Part shown: positions 47,675-58,776 of the stretch, piece after piece
How positions within the stretch are numbered: position 1 is the stretch's first letter
How the letters are laid out: every line of letters begins with the position of its first letter
Assembly: GCA_947624565.1 (NCBI GenBank)
Contig: CANQKX010000005.1
Coordinates: forward strand, 3,125 to 67,124
From: an uncultured Bacilli bacterium
GTDB taxonomy: Bacteria > Bacillota_I > Bacilli_A > RF39 > UBA660
DNA: 64,000 bases
Reading direction: 5' to 3'
Notes under the pieces: model-generated
Told to the model about the DNA's origin: nothing
Database searches by the model: none
The model's input: only the letters and a program-made list of their open reading frames with translations
Translations under genes and position numbers: made by a program

Positions 47675-48034
47675 TTAATTTTTATTATTAATTTCTTCCA
47701 TTTTTTCTTCAATCCAATTTGGTAAAATTTCTTCAAATAACTCAAATCCCAATTTAGTTTCGGATAAATCCTTATTACTATTAACTTTATTATGTTGTTT
47801 AACACCTATCATTGTTAATTTCAATTGTTTTTTATCTTCATTAATTCCTATAACTTTAACAGTTTTCACATCATTTATTTTAAATATTCTATCTATATTT
47901 TTTATGTATTTACCATTAATTTGAGATATATGTATCAAACCTGAATAACTATCATCAACATAAACAAACGCCCCATACTGTTCAATAGCCTTAATTTTAA
48001 CATCTATAATATCTCCTATATTATATTTTTTCAT
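47675..48034 (-). CDS. S1 RNA-binding domain protein (YabR/GSP13-like)
   Basis: GDIIDVKIKAIEQYGAFVYV...GLIHISQI S1 motif. Confidence 0.8.
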   Translation of the reverse strand: MKKYNIGDIIDVKIKAIEQYGAFVYVDDSYSGLIHISQINGKYIKNIDRIFKINDVKTVKVIGINEDKKQLKLTMIGVKQHNKVNSNKDLSETKLGFELFEEILPNWIEEKMEEINNKN

Positions 48035-48140
48035 ACTTTCTACTGCTCCTCATATAACATTATACCATGATTTTACATTTTAATACTATTTACTTTACTA
48101 TAAATACATATTTGAAGTATAATTGTTAATGGAGGAAACA

Positions 48141-48386
48141 ATGAAAGAAAACAATGAAAATATAAAAAACAAAATAAATGAATTATTAAAAAAAGTTAGA
48201 CCATTTTTAGTAAATGATGGTTGTGATGTTGAACTTATCAAATACGAAGATGGTATTGCGTATGTTAAAATGCTTGGGAACTGCTCTAATTGTATTTTTT
48301 CATCAGTAACTATACAAGATACTATTGAAACTATATTAATATCAGAAATCCCAGAAATAATTGAAGTAAGGGCGATTAGTGAATAA
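48141..48386 (+). CDS. NifU/Nfu C-terminal-domain Fe-S scaffold protein (YutI-like)
   Basis: RPFLVNDGCDVELI and GNCSNC (CxxC) motifs. GGAGGA RBS. Confidence 0.8.
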   Translation: MKENNENIKNKINELLKKVRPFLVNDGCDVELIKYEDGIAYVKMLGNCSNCIFSSVTIQDTIETILISEIPEIIEVRAISE

Positions 48387-48390
48387 AATT

Positions 48391-49323
48391 TTATTTTTTA
48401 GACAATAACCACTCTATAGGTTCTATTTGAACCTTTTTTTCATATACAATGAATTTATAAATATTTGTGAGCAATTTTTCATATTCATCAATTCTATCTA
48501 ATATGGGAAGTATATTATCCTCACTATTATTATTATTTATAATATCATCATATATGTCAAAATAATATGTAGGGAATAACATTCTAGCAAATAAATGAAT
48601 ATATTCGTTTTTATTAAATCTATTTGAATTTAAGTATGATTTTAACTCATACATATTAAAATTTCTTTTGTAAAAGGAATCTTTTATATATTCAGATACA
48701 TCCCTAACTCTAGTGTCAATCACAAAATTTATAGGATTATAAAAATCAAAACTACCCATCCCTTGTCGTATCCTTTTATGCGATACAACAATATGAGTTG
48801 GCAAATTATTATCTTCTTTATTCGAATTATTAACCAAATATGTAATAGCATTTTCTCCAAGTCCTATAAAATAACTTAAACTATCACATAATATAGGATA
48901 CTTTTTTCCAAATTGATTAATTTGGTATTCATAATAATCTATTTTTTCACTCCATAATTTAACCCAATCATCTCTTAATAAATCCTTATCATATTGTAAA
49001 TTCATTGTCATATTCTGAATATAACTAATATCATTTAAAAATACTTTATCATTTTTATACTTACACAATTTAATTAATATGTATGGAATACCATTAATCA
49101 TTGTAATTGCTTGATTATCTTTATTTAAAATAATTTCATGAACAAGGCAACCTATATTTTTCATTTGAATATTTATTTTATATAAAGATTGTATATCTTC
49201 TAGTGGCCTGTTGTATATAATAAAATGAAATTCATCACCATCTAAAAAGAAATAATAATCATTTTCAGATTTTATAAAATCATCTATAAATAAATTGTAA
49301 TAATAATTAATTGTATTCTTCAT
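48391..49323 (-). CDS. YutH/CotS-like (kinase-fold) spore coat protein candidate
   Basis: Size and general pattern fit, and it neighbours a YutI-like gene. The assignment is weak. Confidence 0.4.
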   Translation of the reverse strand: MKNTINYYYNLFIDDFIKSENDYYFFLDGDEFHFIIYNRPLEDIQSLYKINIQMKNIGCLVHEIILNKDNQAITMINGIPYILIKLCKYKNDKVFLNDISYIQNMTMNLQYDKDLLRDDWVKLWSEKIDYYEYQINQFGKKYPILCDSLSYFIGLGENAITYLVNNSNKEDNNLPTHIVVSHKRIRQGMGSFDFYNPINFVIDTRVRDVSEYIKDSFYKRNFNMYELKSYLNSNRFNKNEYIHLFARMLFPTYYFDIYDDIINNNNSEDNILPILDRIDEYEKLLTNIYKFIVYEKKVQIEPIEWLLSKK

Positions 49324-49383
49324 TTAGGTCACCTATATAATTATATGCTTGACCTATTTTAAAAATGAAAAAGAGCACACTAT

Positions 49384-50925
49384 TCATCGTGCCTCTTCTA
49401 CAACTCTAGTTTCTCTAATTACAGTTACTTTAATAGTACCTGGATATTGCATTTCTTTTTCTATTCTATCTTTTATATCTCTTGCTACCTTTATTGATGT
49501 TAATTCATCCATTTCATCAGGTTTTACAATAACCCTAAGTTCTCTACCTGCTTGCATTGCGAATGACTTTTCTACACCTTCAAAACTATTAGCAATTTCC
49601 TCTAATTGTTGTAATCTTTTTATATAATTCTCAAGAGAATCATTTCTTGCACCAGGTCTTGCTGCACTTATAGCATCAGCTATTGCAACTAAAGAAGCAA
49701 TAATACTTGTCGGTTTAACATCACCATGGTGTGAAGCAATTGTATTTATTACAACTTCATCTTCACCATACTTTTTAGCAATCATCTCGCCTATTTCAAC
49801 ATGACTACCTTCAACCTCAAAATCTATAGCCTTACCAATATCATGTAATAAACCTGCCCTTTTTGCTAAGGAAACATTTTCACCAACTTCTGCTGCTAAC
49901 AATCCTGATAAATTAGCAACTTCAATGGAATGTTGTAAAGCATTTTGTCCATAACTTGTCCTAAAATGTAATTTACCAATTATTTCAATTAGTTCTGGAT
50001 CTATTTTAGATATTCCTAAATTAAATATTGCTTCTTCACCTTTTTCGATTATTTTGCTATGAATTTCATTACATGTTTTCTCATATATTTCTTCAATTCT
50101 TCCAGGATGTATTCTTCCATCTTTTATAAGATTTTCAATTGTAACCTTAGCTATCTCTCTTCTTAACGGATCAAAACTTGAAATAACAATTGTTTCAGGT
50201 GTATCATCTATTATTAAATCAACACCAGTTACAGCCTCTATTGTTCTAATATTTCTTCCTTCTCTACCTATAATTCTACCTTTCATATCATCATTTGGTA
50301 AATTAATTACAGATATAGTAACTTCATTTGTAACATCGGATGCATATTTTTGCATAGCCATTGTAAGTAAATTTTTTGCTTTTTTATCTACATCTAGTTT
50401 AGCCTGTGCCTCTTGATCTTTTATGTATGCTGCAATTTCTTTGGTCATTGAGTCTTCTACATGTTTCATAACCATTTTTCTTGCTTCTTCTTTAGATAAA
50501 CCAGATATTTTTTCTAATTTTTCAAGTTGTTCCTTTAAAACATCATTTGTCTTTTCTTCCAACTTTTGAATATCTTTTTGTCGTTGTTCTAAATTATTTT
50601 CTTTATCTGATAATAAATTTTCTCTATCTTGAAGTATTTGATCTCTTCTATCTATACTATTTTCTCTTTGTTGCAATCTTTCTTCAGCATCTTTTATTTC
50701 ACTTTTTCTTTCTTTTATTTCCTTTTCCGTTTCTTGCTTTAACTTAAACTGTTCTTCTTTTAATTCTAAAAGAGCTTCTCTTTTTGTCTTGTCTGCTTCT
50801 TTTTTTGCTTTTTCAATTATATTATCAGATTTTTTTCCTCTTGTTTTTATAAAAACTACTACTATAATTACTGTTAACAAAACTCCAAAAATTAACCCAA
50901 GAGTGGAAAACAATACTAATTCCAT
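49384..50925 (-). CDS. rny: ribonuclease Y
   Basis: N-terminal TM, coiled coil, KH domain ([12 protein letters not shown]) and HD domain (LHDIGKA). Confidence 0.95.
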   Translation of the reverse strand: MELVLFSTLGLIFGVLLTVIIVVVFIKTRGKKSDNIIEKAKKEADKTKREALLELKEEQFKLKQETEKEIKERKSEIKDAEERLQQRENSIDRRDQILQDRENLLSDKENNLEQRQKDIQKLEEKTNDVLKEQLEKLEKISGLSKEEARKMVMKHVEDSMTKEIAAYIKDQEAQAKLDVDKKAKNLLTMAMQKYASDVTNEVTISVINLPNDDMKGRIIGREGRNIRTIEAVTGVDLIIDDTPETIVISSFDPLRREIAKVTIENLIKDGRIHPGRIEEIYEKTCNEIHSKIIEKGEEAIFNLGISKIDPELIEIIGKLHFRTSYGQNALQHSIEVANLSGLLAAEVGENVSLAKRAGLLHDIGKAIDFEVEGSHVEIGEMIAKKYGEDEVVINTIASHHGDVKPTSIIASLVAIADAISAARPGARNDSLENYIKRLQQLEEIANSFEGVEKSFAMQAGRELRVIVKPDEMDELTSIKVARDIKDRIEKEMQYPGTIKVTVIRETRVVEEAR

Positions 50926-51098
50926 ATTTTCCCTCCTAATTTATTTACCTATATAATTTAAATATCATAAAACTATACAATATTAGTATAAAATTTATTA
51001 AAGATAAAGTCAACCCAAAAGGTCTTAATTTACATATGTAAAAATAGAATTCTTATTATAAAAAGTATATGCATAATATTTATTATAGGAGTAAAAAT

Positions 51099-51398
51099 AT
51101 GAGATTAATACCTAATGTCCCAGCTAAAATATTTTCGTTCAGTGCAGTTGCAGTTGGATATTTATTAATAGACGATACAACAGCAAATGAACAAAATGCT
51201 CTTGGAAACTGGCTTATGTTAGTAGCCCAAGTCCTTTGTACTAACGCATATTACAAACAAGTACAAGCCGAAAGAGGTATTAATTCCTCACAAAATTCAA
51301 ACACTAATACAAGTGATATAAATCAAACAATAGATATTTTATATAAAATGGTTAATGCTTTAAATAAAGAAATTTCAGAAATAAAAAAAAGCATATAA
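51099..51398 (+). CDS. hypothetical small protein
   Basis: AGGAG RBS 8 nt before MRLIPNV. One hydrophobic segment. No family recognised. Confidence 0.4.
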   Translation: MRLIPNVPAKIFSFSAVAVGYLLIDDTTANEQNALGNWLMLVAQVLCTNAYYKQVQAERGINSSQNSNTNTSDINQTIDILYKMVNALNKEISEIKKSI

Positions 51399-51405
51399 AA
51401 TATGC

Positions 51406-51681
51406 TTATTTGTTAGTATTATAGTAATAATTAAATTCAGATAATTCTAAAGATAAATTTTCTAAATCTTCCAATTCTTCTTCAAAATAATTTTCATTTA
51501 TATACTCTTCAATAAAAAATATTAATTGTTTAATATCCCTTACATTTTTATAATCTATTTTATACTTTTCTAAAATATATATTTGCTTATTTGATAAATA
51601 TATATTATTTATTTTATTTAATTTATTATCTTCTATTGTTTTATTTACTATATTTTCAACTTCTTGTTTATTTATCTTCAT
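51406..51681 (-). CDS. hypothetical acidic small protein
   Basis: ORF overlapping the stop of the upstream 265-aa ORF. Acidic C-terminal half. Confidence 0.35.
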   Translation of the reverse strand: MKINKQEVENIVNKTIEDNKLNKINNIYLSNKQIYILEKYKIDYKNVRDIKQLIFFIEEYINENYFEEELEDLENLSLELSEFNYYYNTNK

Positions 51682-52465
51682 TATTATTACCACTATTTCT
51701 TATATTAGGATCCATACTTAATTTCTTACTTTTTAACTCTTCATTTGATCTTAAATAATATTTTTTTAATAATTCCTTTAATTGAGATTTTGAAAGTAAT
51801 ATTTTCTCATCATATTTTACGGATAAAAACTCACAAATCTGCATTAATAAATTTTTTGCTTCTTGTGTTCTTATAATATTTAATTTATAAATAAAATCTG
51901 CGGCTCCATCATATGATTTTTCTTCATCATTAAAACATTTTTGCCAAATACCGATATGTTTTTTTATAAAATCTAATGTAATTTCTATATCATATTTATT
52001 TTTCTCATATTCATAAAAAGGATTATTTTTTATTAAATAAATATTTTCTTGTTCATTTAGACTTTTCGTTTGTAATACTTTTTCATATCCGGATAAATCA
52101 GGAAATCTTTCCAAACTGCTCACCATTGAATTTTCAAAATGATTATTTATTCCATTATTTAAAAATTCTTCATAAGAAATTACATTTAATTTTTTATTTG
52201 ATAATAAAGATAAATATTTTTCGTTTCTATAATAATCTGTATACATTTGCGTTCTTATCATTGTTGAAATTAATCTAGCAAATCTATAACTTCTTTCACC
52301 AATGCCAATTAATTGTATTTTTTTTAAATAACTATAAGTATCAATATAATTTAATGAATTTAAAAAAATTCTATTATTTACTTCTTCTGATAATTTTTTA
52401 GATTCAACAATTTTATGCAAATCTATTGCAATCTTTCTAGTTAGTTTACTATAATCTTCTTGCAT
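51668..52465 (-). CDS. hypothetical protein
   Basis: 265-aa ORF with a GGGGTG RBS. No family recognised. Confidence 0.4.
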   Translation of the reverse strand: MQEDYSKLTRKIAIDLHKIVESKKLSEEVNNRIFLNSLNYIDTYSYLKKIQLIGIGERSYRFARLISTMIRTQMYTDYYRNEKYLSLLSNKKLNVISYEEFLNNGINNHFENSMVSSLERFPDLSGYEKVLQTKSLNEQENIYLIKNNPFYEYEKNKYDIEITLDFIKKHIGIWQKCFNDEEKSYDGAADFIYKLNIIRTQEAKNLLMQICEFLSVKYDEKILLSKSQLKELLKKYYLRSNEELKSKKLSMDPNIRNSGNNNEDK

Positions 52466-52522
52466 AAACATCACCCCATCAAATACGGTTAATATTATAC
52501 ATATTTAACATAAAATGTCAAT

Positions 52523-53746
52523 TTAAGAAAAAATATTTTCAACAGCCTTTTTTATTGCTAGTTTACCATATTCATATGTAAGTCCACCTTGTAGATATGC
52601 AATGTATGGTTTTCTAATTGGACCATCGCATGATAATTCTATTGATGAGCCTTGTGTAAAAGTCCCTGCTGCCATAATAACTTTGTCAACATATCCTGGC
52701 ATGTCCCATGGCTCTGGTATAGCAAATGAATCTATTGGTGAACCCATCTGAATTCCTTGACAAAACTTGATTAATTTATCTTTATCATTAAAAATTATGT
52801 TTTGAACTATATCTGCTCTTGACTCATTATATTTAGGTTCCACATTATACCCTAAATCTTCTAATACCTTACTTGTAAGTATAACAGTTTTTAAACTACT
52901 TGCAACAACGCTTGGTGCCATAAATAATCCTTGAAATATTGATTTATTTATTCCAAGTGATGGACCAACTTCTCTTCCTTCTCCAGGTAGTGTTAATCTT
53001 TCTGCAGCAAGTAAAACTAAATCTTGTTTGCCAGCAATATATGCACCATTTGGAGCAATTCCTCCTCCTAAATTTTTTATTAGTGATCCCACTATTATAT
53101 CTGCTCCAACTTCAAGTGGAGTTTTATCCTCAACAAATTCACAATAACAATTATCCACCATTATTATTACATCATTGTCTATTTTTTTAATCATCTTTAT
53201 TACTTTTTCTACCTTATCGATTGTAATACTTTTTCTTGTACTATACCCCTTTGATCTTTGTATCTCAATTAATTTTATTTTATCTTTTAATAAAGTATCT
53301 TTTATTTTTTCATAGTCAAAATCATCATTAACTAAATCGATTTGTTTGTAATTTACTCCAAATGATTTTAAAGAACTATCATTATCTATTATTCCTATTA
53401 CTTCATGAAGTGTATCATATGGAGTACCTGATATGCTAAGCATTATATCATTTGGTCTTAAATATGCAAATAAAGCCACTGTAAGTGCATGTGAACCTGA
53501 AATGAATTGGCTTCTAACTAACGCATCTTCTGCACCTAAAACATCTGCAAATACTTTTTCTATTGTATCTCTGCCAATATCATCATATCCATAGCCTGTT
53601 GTTTGATTAAAATGTGACTCTGACACTCTATATTTTTGAAACGCATTTAACACTTTTTCACTATTTTTTTCACACATTAAATCTACTTTATTAAATTCTT
53701 CTTTAACTTGTTTTTCAGCATTTTCTATTATTTTCTTTACATCCAT
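52523..53746 (-). CDS. methionine gamma-lyase-family PLP protein (YnbB / aluminium-resistance family)
   Basis: HFNQTTGYGYDDIGRD and GSLIKNLGGGIAP motifs typical of YnbB-type proteins. Confidence 0.75.
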   Translation of the reverse strand: MDVKKIIENAEKQVKEEFNKVDLMCEKNSEKVLNAFQKYRVSESHFNQTTGYGYDDIGRDTIEKVFADVLGAEDALVRSQFISGSHALTVALFAYLRPNDIMLSISGTPYDTLHEVIGIIDNDSSLKSFGVNYKQIDLVNDDFDYEKIKDTLLKDKIKLIEIQRSKGYSTRKSITIDKVEKVIKMIKKIDNDVIIMVDNCYCEFVEDKTPLEVGADIIVGSLIKNLGGGIAPNGAYIAGKQDLVLLAAERLTLPGEGREVGPSLGINKSIFQGLFMAPSVVASSLKTVILTSKVLEDLGYNVEPKYNESRADIVQNIIFNDKDKLIKFCQGIQMGSPIDSFAIPEPWDMPGYVDKVIMAAGTFTQGSSIELSCDGPIRKPYIAYLQGGLTYEYGKLAIKKAVENIFS

Positions 53747-54446
53747 AAAATATCTCTCCACTCTTTACTTCTTTTGAATTTATTAAATTTATTATATCTT
53801 GAGCAACATCTTTTGCATCATCTAACTTATCTTGATTTATTCTCTTTAATTCATCTTTTAAATATTGTTGATTCATCTCTCTTATCGCCTCTGTATTAGT
53901 CCATCTTGGCATGACACCAATTACTTTAATATTTGTAAATTCTTGAGAAAATGTCTTAGTAAGTGAGTTTATTGCTGCTTTTGAAGCACAATAATCCATA
54001 CTTATTTTACTATATGTATCATAGGCATCTGTCGATGACACGTTAACTATAGTCCCATTACTTAAATACGGATATAAATATTTTGTAACCAAAAATGTAC
54101 CTACTACATTAACTTCGAGTACTTTCATAAATTCCTCTTTAGTTTTATCATTAATATAATTATCTGATGCATATGAGGCATTATTTATTAACAAATCAAT
54201 TTTCTTATATTTTTCAATAATTTCATTTTTCATATTCATAATTTGATTTTCGTCTGTAATATCACACTTTACTACTAATGCATTAACATTATATTTTTCA
54301 ATTACATAATTTTTAAGATCTTGCGCTTCTTTTTTACTATTATTGTATGTTATTACAACATCATAATTATTTTTGCATAATTGTTTAATTAACTCTTTTC
54401 CAATTCCTTTTGCACTACCTGTAACAACGGCTACTTTCCTTTTCAT
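53715..54446 (-). CDS. short-chain dehydrogenase/reductase
   Basis: VAVVTGSAKGIGK, NNAS and YCASKAA motifs. Confidence 0.85.
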   Translation of the reverse strand: MKRKVAVVTGSAKGIGKELIKQLCKNNYDVVITYNNSKKEAQDLKNYVIEKYNVNALVVKCDITDENQIMNMKNEIIEKYKKIDLLINNASYASDNYINDKTKEEFMKVLEVNVVGTFLVTKYLYPYLSNGTIVNVSSTDAYDTYSKISMDYCASKAAINSLTKTFSQEFTNIKVIGVMPRWTNTEAIREMNQQYLKDELKRINQDKLDDAKDVAQDIINLINSKEVKSGEIFYGCKENNRKC

Positions 54447-54485
54447 AAAAAACTCCTTTAGGTTATTATAGCATAAAAAAAAGAG

Positions 54486-55883
54486 TTATTTAACTCTATT
54501 TAATATATCTCTTGCTGAAACTAATCCAGTAGCTGCTGCAGTTACGATATTACCTGCCTTACCCGCACCATCACCTATAAAGTAAACATTGTAACTATCT
54601 AATTTAAATTTATTATTAGTTGTTATTTCATTGCTAAAAAATTTAATTTCTGGACCATATAATAAGGTTTCATCATTGTTAACACCTGGTATTATTTTAT
54701 CTAGTTCTTCTAATCCTTCTAGTATATTTAATATAATTCTATGTGGTAATACTAAAGCAAGATCTCCCGCTACACAATCTTTTAATGTTGGCTCAATAAA
54801 TAATTTATTTATACGATTAAAATTACTTCTTCTACCCATACGTAAATCTCTAAGTGTTTGTATTATTGGTTTTGAATCACCAAGTACATTAGCTATTTTA
54901 GCAATTGATTCACCATATTCACGTGTGTTAGTAACAGGTTCTGTTAAAGTTACTTTACTTATAAAAGCAAAATTTGAATTATTGGATTTAACATCTTTTA
55001 ATGAATGTCCATTTACACATATATATCCATAGTAATTTTCTTTAGATACAAAACCTCCTGGATTGGTACAAAAAGTTCTTATTTCATCTGCATATGTTTT
55101 AGTTTTTATAAATATTGTAGGATCATATATAACACTACATATTTCTTCCATTATTTCTTTTCTAACTTCAACTCTAACACCTATTTCGATGCTTTTTGAT
55201 TTATAATCAATTTTATATTTATCTGCAAGTTGTTGAATCCATTTAGCACCTGTTCTACCTGGTGCGATTACTACATTTGATGCATTAATAATTACTTTTT
55301 TATCTGATTTTTCATAAGTTACTTTATGACTATCTTCATCAGTACTTTCAACATCTAATACATCTGCATTTTCTACTATTTCTACACCTTTATTTTTTAT
55401 ATAATTAGAAAATTCTTCAATATAACTAGGTAAATAATCACTTCCTATATGCTTTTGTTTAATTAAAAGTAATCTTTGTCCCAATTTTGCTACCTTTTTT
55501 TGTATTTGTTTAGCTTCTTGCATATTACTTGGAAAAACTTCAGCATCCATACCAAATTTATTAAATATTTCTTCTGTATCATCTATTATTTTGTATGCTT
55601 CACTTTCAGTCATATATTTAAATAAATCTGATTTACCTAATTTTGGAATAAAATTTAATTTACCATCAGAAAATGTTCCTGCTCCACCATAACCTGATAA
55701 TATATTACAAGGATTACAATTTTTACATTCAGTTTTTAATTTGTTCATTGGGCAAACCCTATTATGAGCAAATTTACCCTTATCTAAAACTATAACTTTT
55801 AATTTTGGATTATTTTCTATAAGTTCATAAGCACAAAATAATCCTGCAGGCCCTGCACCTACAATTACAACATCATACTTCAT
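54486..55883 (-). CDS. FAD-dependent oxidoreductase (COG2509-like)
   Basis: YDVVIVGAGPAGLF Rossmann fold and a C-terminal GDGAGKAGNIVTAAATG. Confidence 0.7.
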   Translation of the reverse strand: MKYDVVIVGAGPAGLFCAYELIENNPKLKVIVLDKGKFAHNRVCPMNKLKTECKNCNPCNILSGYGGAGTFSDGKLNFIPKLGKSDLFKYMTESEAYKIIDDTEEIFNKFGMDAEVFPSNMQEAKQIQKKVAKLGQRLLLIKQKHIGSDYLPSYIEEFSNYIKNKGVEIVENADVLDVESTDEDSHKVTYEKSDKKVIINASNVVIAPGRTGAKWIQQLADKYKIDYKSKSIEIGVRVEVRKEIMEEICSVIYDPTIFIKTKTYADEIRTFCTNPGGFVSKENYYGYICVNGHSLKDVKSNNSNFAFISKVTLTEPVTNTREYGESIAKIANVLGDSKPIIQTLRDLRMGRRSNFNRINKLFIEPTLKDCVAGDLALVLPHRIILNILEGLEELDKIIPGVNNDETLLYGPEIKFFSNEITTNNKFKLDSYNVYFIGDGAGKAGNIVTAAATGLVSARDILNRVK

Positions 55884-55928
55884 AAAACAATACCCTCCAT
55901 ATTGATTATACTACAAAAAAAGAATATA

Positions 55929-58298
55929 TTAAATATCCTTTTTATCCCATTTCCAATTTAAAATAATATCCATATCTTTTCCATATTCTTTTATATATTC
56001 TTTATGCTCAACTAATTTGTTCTTACACCATTCAATTAATTCTGATGATTTATTACCTAAATCTGGTAAGTATTTAAGAGCATCTATAACTAAATTAAAT
56101 CTATCAATTTTATTTTGTACTCTCATATCAAAAGGTGTAGTTATAGTTCCTTCTTCATTATATCCATGAACATGCATATTTTTGTTTTTTCTATTATAAG
56201 TTAATTGGTGAATTAATGATGGATATCCATGAAATGCAAATATAATTGGTTTATTTTTAGTAAATATTGCGTCATAGTCTTTATCAGTTAATCCATGTGG
56301 ATGTTTTTCATTAGATTCTAATCTCATTAAATCGACAACATTAACTACTCTTACTTTTAATTTAGGAAAATGTTCATTTAATATTTGTGTTGCAGCAAGT
56401 ACCTCAAGTGTTGGAGTATCACCAGCACATGCTAGTACAATATCGGGTTCTTTACCTGCATCATTACTTGCAAATTCCCATATTCCAATACCTTTTGTAC
56501 AATGTTTTATCGCTTCATCCATAGAAAGCCATTGATATCTAGGATGTTTTGAAGCAACTATGACATTTATATAATTTTTAGTTTTTATTATATGATCAAA
56601 ACAAGATATTAAACAGTTTGCATCTGGAGGTAAATACATTCTAACTATATCTGCTTTTTTTGTTACTAAATGATTCAAAAATCCAGGATCTTGATGAGTA
56701 TATCCATTATGATCTTGTTGCCAAATATGTGAAGATAAAATTATATTAAGAGATGAAATATCTTCTCTCCATGAAAGTTCTTTCGTTACTTTAAGCCATT
56801 TTGCGTGTTGGGAAACCATAGAATCTATTATTCTAGAAAAAGCTTCATATGTATGAATAAAACCATGTCTACCAGTTAATAAATAACCCTCTAAAGCACC
56901 TTCACAAAAATGTTCTGAAAGATAAGAATCAATAACTCTACCATCTGAGTTTAAATACTCATCACTTTCATATGTTTTATTTACCCATTGTCTATTTGTT
57001 TCATCAAATATTGCATTAAGTCTATTTGATATTGCTTCATCGGGTCCAAATATTCTAAAATTTCTGCTTTCTTGATTTAATTTAATAACTTCTTTTATAT
57101 ATTTTCCAAGTTCAATCATATCTTGTTTAACAGTATCACCTGGATTTTTTACTTCAACAGCATATTTTCTAAAATCAGGAAGTCTTAACTCCTTTAGAAT
57201 TTTTCCACCATTAGCGTGTATATTCCCACTCATTGTTTTATCAATATCAGGGGCTAAATCTTTTAATTTTTTTATCAATGTACCATTTTTATCAAATAAT
57301 TCTTCAGGGTTATAACTTCTTAACCATTCTTCTAATAAACCTAAATTTTTACTATTTTCACTATTTACTACAATTGGAACTTGATGAGATCTAAAACTTC
57401 CTTCTATTTGCTTATCTTCTACAATTTTTGGACCTGTCCATCCCTTAGGTGATCTTAATATTATCATAGGCCACATTGGTCTTCTTATTCTATCTGAATT
57501 TTTAGCATCTACTTTTATAATTTGCAACTTTTCAACTATTTCATCTAGTGCAGTTGCCATCTTTTCATGCATTTCAAATTCATCAGATCCTTCAACGTAA
57601 TATGGATCCCATCCACACCCTTTAAAAAAGTTATCTAACTCTTCATGTGATATTCTTGATAAAACTGTAGGATTAGCAATTTTAAAACCATTCAAATGTA
57701 GTATTGGAAGTACAATACCATCTGTTTTTGGATTTAAAAATTTATTCAAATGCCAACTAGTTGCAAGAGGTCCTGTTTCTGCTTCACCATCTCCTACGAC
57801 GCAAGCAACAATTAAATCAGGATTATCTAAAACTGCTCCAAAAGCATGTGATAAGGAATATCCAAGTTCTCCACCTTCGTTTATAGAACCTGGTGTTTCA
57901 GGGGCAACATGTGAAGATATTCCACCAGGAAAACTAAATTGTTTAAATAATTTTTTTAATCCTTCTTTGTCTTGGGTTATATTAGGATATATTTTAGAAT
58001 ATGTTCCTTCTAAGTAACTATTTGAAACAATAGCATTCCCACCATGACCAGGACCTGATATATACATCATATTTAAATCATATTTTTTTATTACTCTATT
58101 TAAATGAACATATATAAAATTTTGACCTGGAACAGTTCCCCAATGTCCTACAACATTGGGTTTAATATCCTCTAATTTTAATGGTCTATCTAACAATGGA
58201 TTATCAAGTAAATAAAGCTGTCCTGCAGACAAATAATTAGCCGCTCTAAAATAGGCATCTATATTTCTTAATTCTTTATCACTTAGTGTATTTTTCAT
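55929..58298 (-). CDS. xfp: xylulose-5-phosphate/fructose-6-phosphate phosphoketolase
   Basis: 789 aa with [33 protein letters not shown] and GDGEAETG ThDP motifs. Confidence 0.95.
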   Translation of the reverse strand: MKNTLSDKELRNIDAYFRAANYLSAGQLYLLDNPLLDRPLKLEDIKPNVVGHWGTVPGQNFIYVHLNRVIKKYDLNMMYISGPGHGGNAIVSNSYLEGTYSKIYPNITQDKEGLKKLFKQFSFPGGISSHVAPETPGSINEGGELGYSLSHAFGAVLDNPDLIVACVVGDGEAETGPLATSWHLNKFLNPKTDGIVLPILHLNGFKIANPTVLSRISHEELDNFFKGCGWDPYYVEGSDEFEMHEKMATALDEIVEKLQIIKVDAKNSDRIRRPMWPMIILRSPKGWTGPKIVEDKQIEGSFRSHQVPIVVNSENSKNLGLLEEWLRSYNPEELFDKNGTLIKKLKDLAPDIDKTMSGNIHANGGKILKELRLPDFRKYAVEVKNPGDTVKQDMIELGKYIKEVIKLNQESRNFRIFGPDEAISNRLNAIFDETNRQWVNKTYESDEYLNSDGRVIDSYLSEHFCEGALEGYLLTGRHGFIHTYEAFSRIIDSMVSQHAKWLKVTKELSWREDISSLNIILSSHIWQQDHNGYTHQDPGFLNHLVTKKADIVRMYLPPDANCLISCFDHIIKTKNYINVIVASKHPRYQWLSMDEAIKHCTKGIGIWEFASNDAGKEPDIVLACAGDTPTLEVLAATQILNEHFPKLKVRVVNVVDLMRLESNEKHPHGLTDKDYDAIFTKNKPIIFAFHGYPSLIHQLTYNRKNKNMHVHGYNEEGTITTPFDMRVQNKIDRFNLVIDALKYLPDLGNKSSELIEWCKNKLVEHKEYIKEYGKDMDIILNWKWDKKDI

Positions 58299-58600
58299 AT
58301 AGTCCTCCTTATCTTACTAATATTATTATATAATATTTACTCATTAATAACAATTATGTATTTTTAAATTTAAAAAAAAGAACTACAAATCATTGTATTT
58401 CTTTACACTTAATTTATACATCTTTTTATCTAGTTTTTGAATACAAAATAAACAATTTAATTTTTTTACATTCTATCGCACATTTCAAAAAAACTTATAT
58501 TGTATTTTACAATCTAAACTAATTAAAAAACTAGGATTTTCTATTGAAATTCCTAGTTTTTGCTATAATCAAAAACCTTAAAGGTTTGATTTTCCAAATA

Positions 58601-58677
58601 TGGGGCGAAATAAGGGAGTCGAACCCTTGCATAACAGAGCCACAATCTGCCGTGTTAACCACTTCACCAATTCCGCC
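58601..58677 (-). tRNA. tRNA-His (GUG)
   Basis: Extra 5' G (G-1) and anticodon loop TTGTGGC. Terminator hairpins lie at 58530-58600. Confidence 0.9.
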
Positions 58678-58776
58678 ATAAAAATTACTCTATTAATATA
58701 TCATATAATTTTTTAAATAACAAGTATTTAAAGTTTATTTTACACAAAATTGTTCAAATTAATAATGGTGATATTT

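Noticed and set aside
53715-53746. The 32-47 bp overlap between the SDR gene end and the YnbB-like gene start, considered as a possible frameshift or fusion.
   Set aside because: Both ORFs are full length with their own motifs. A GGAGAG RBS precedes the internal ATG at 53746. The overlap is consistent with ordinary operon packing.
58299-58600. The 300-bp region upstream of phosphoketolase, examined for a cre site or riboswitch.
   Set aside because: I could find no match to the cre consensus TGWAANCGNTNWCA and no conserved RNA motif. The only structures are the tRNA-His terminator hairpins at 58530-58600.
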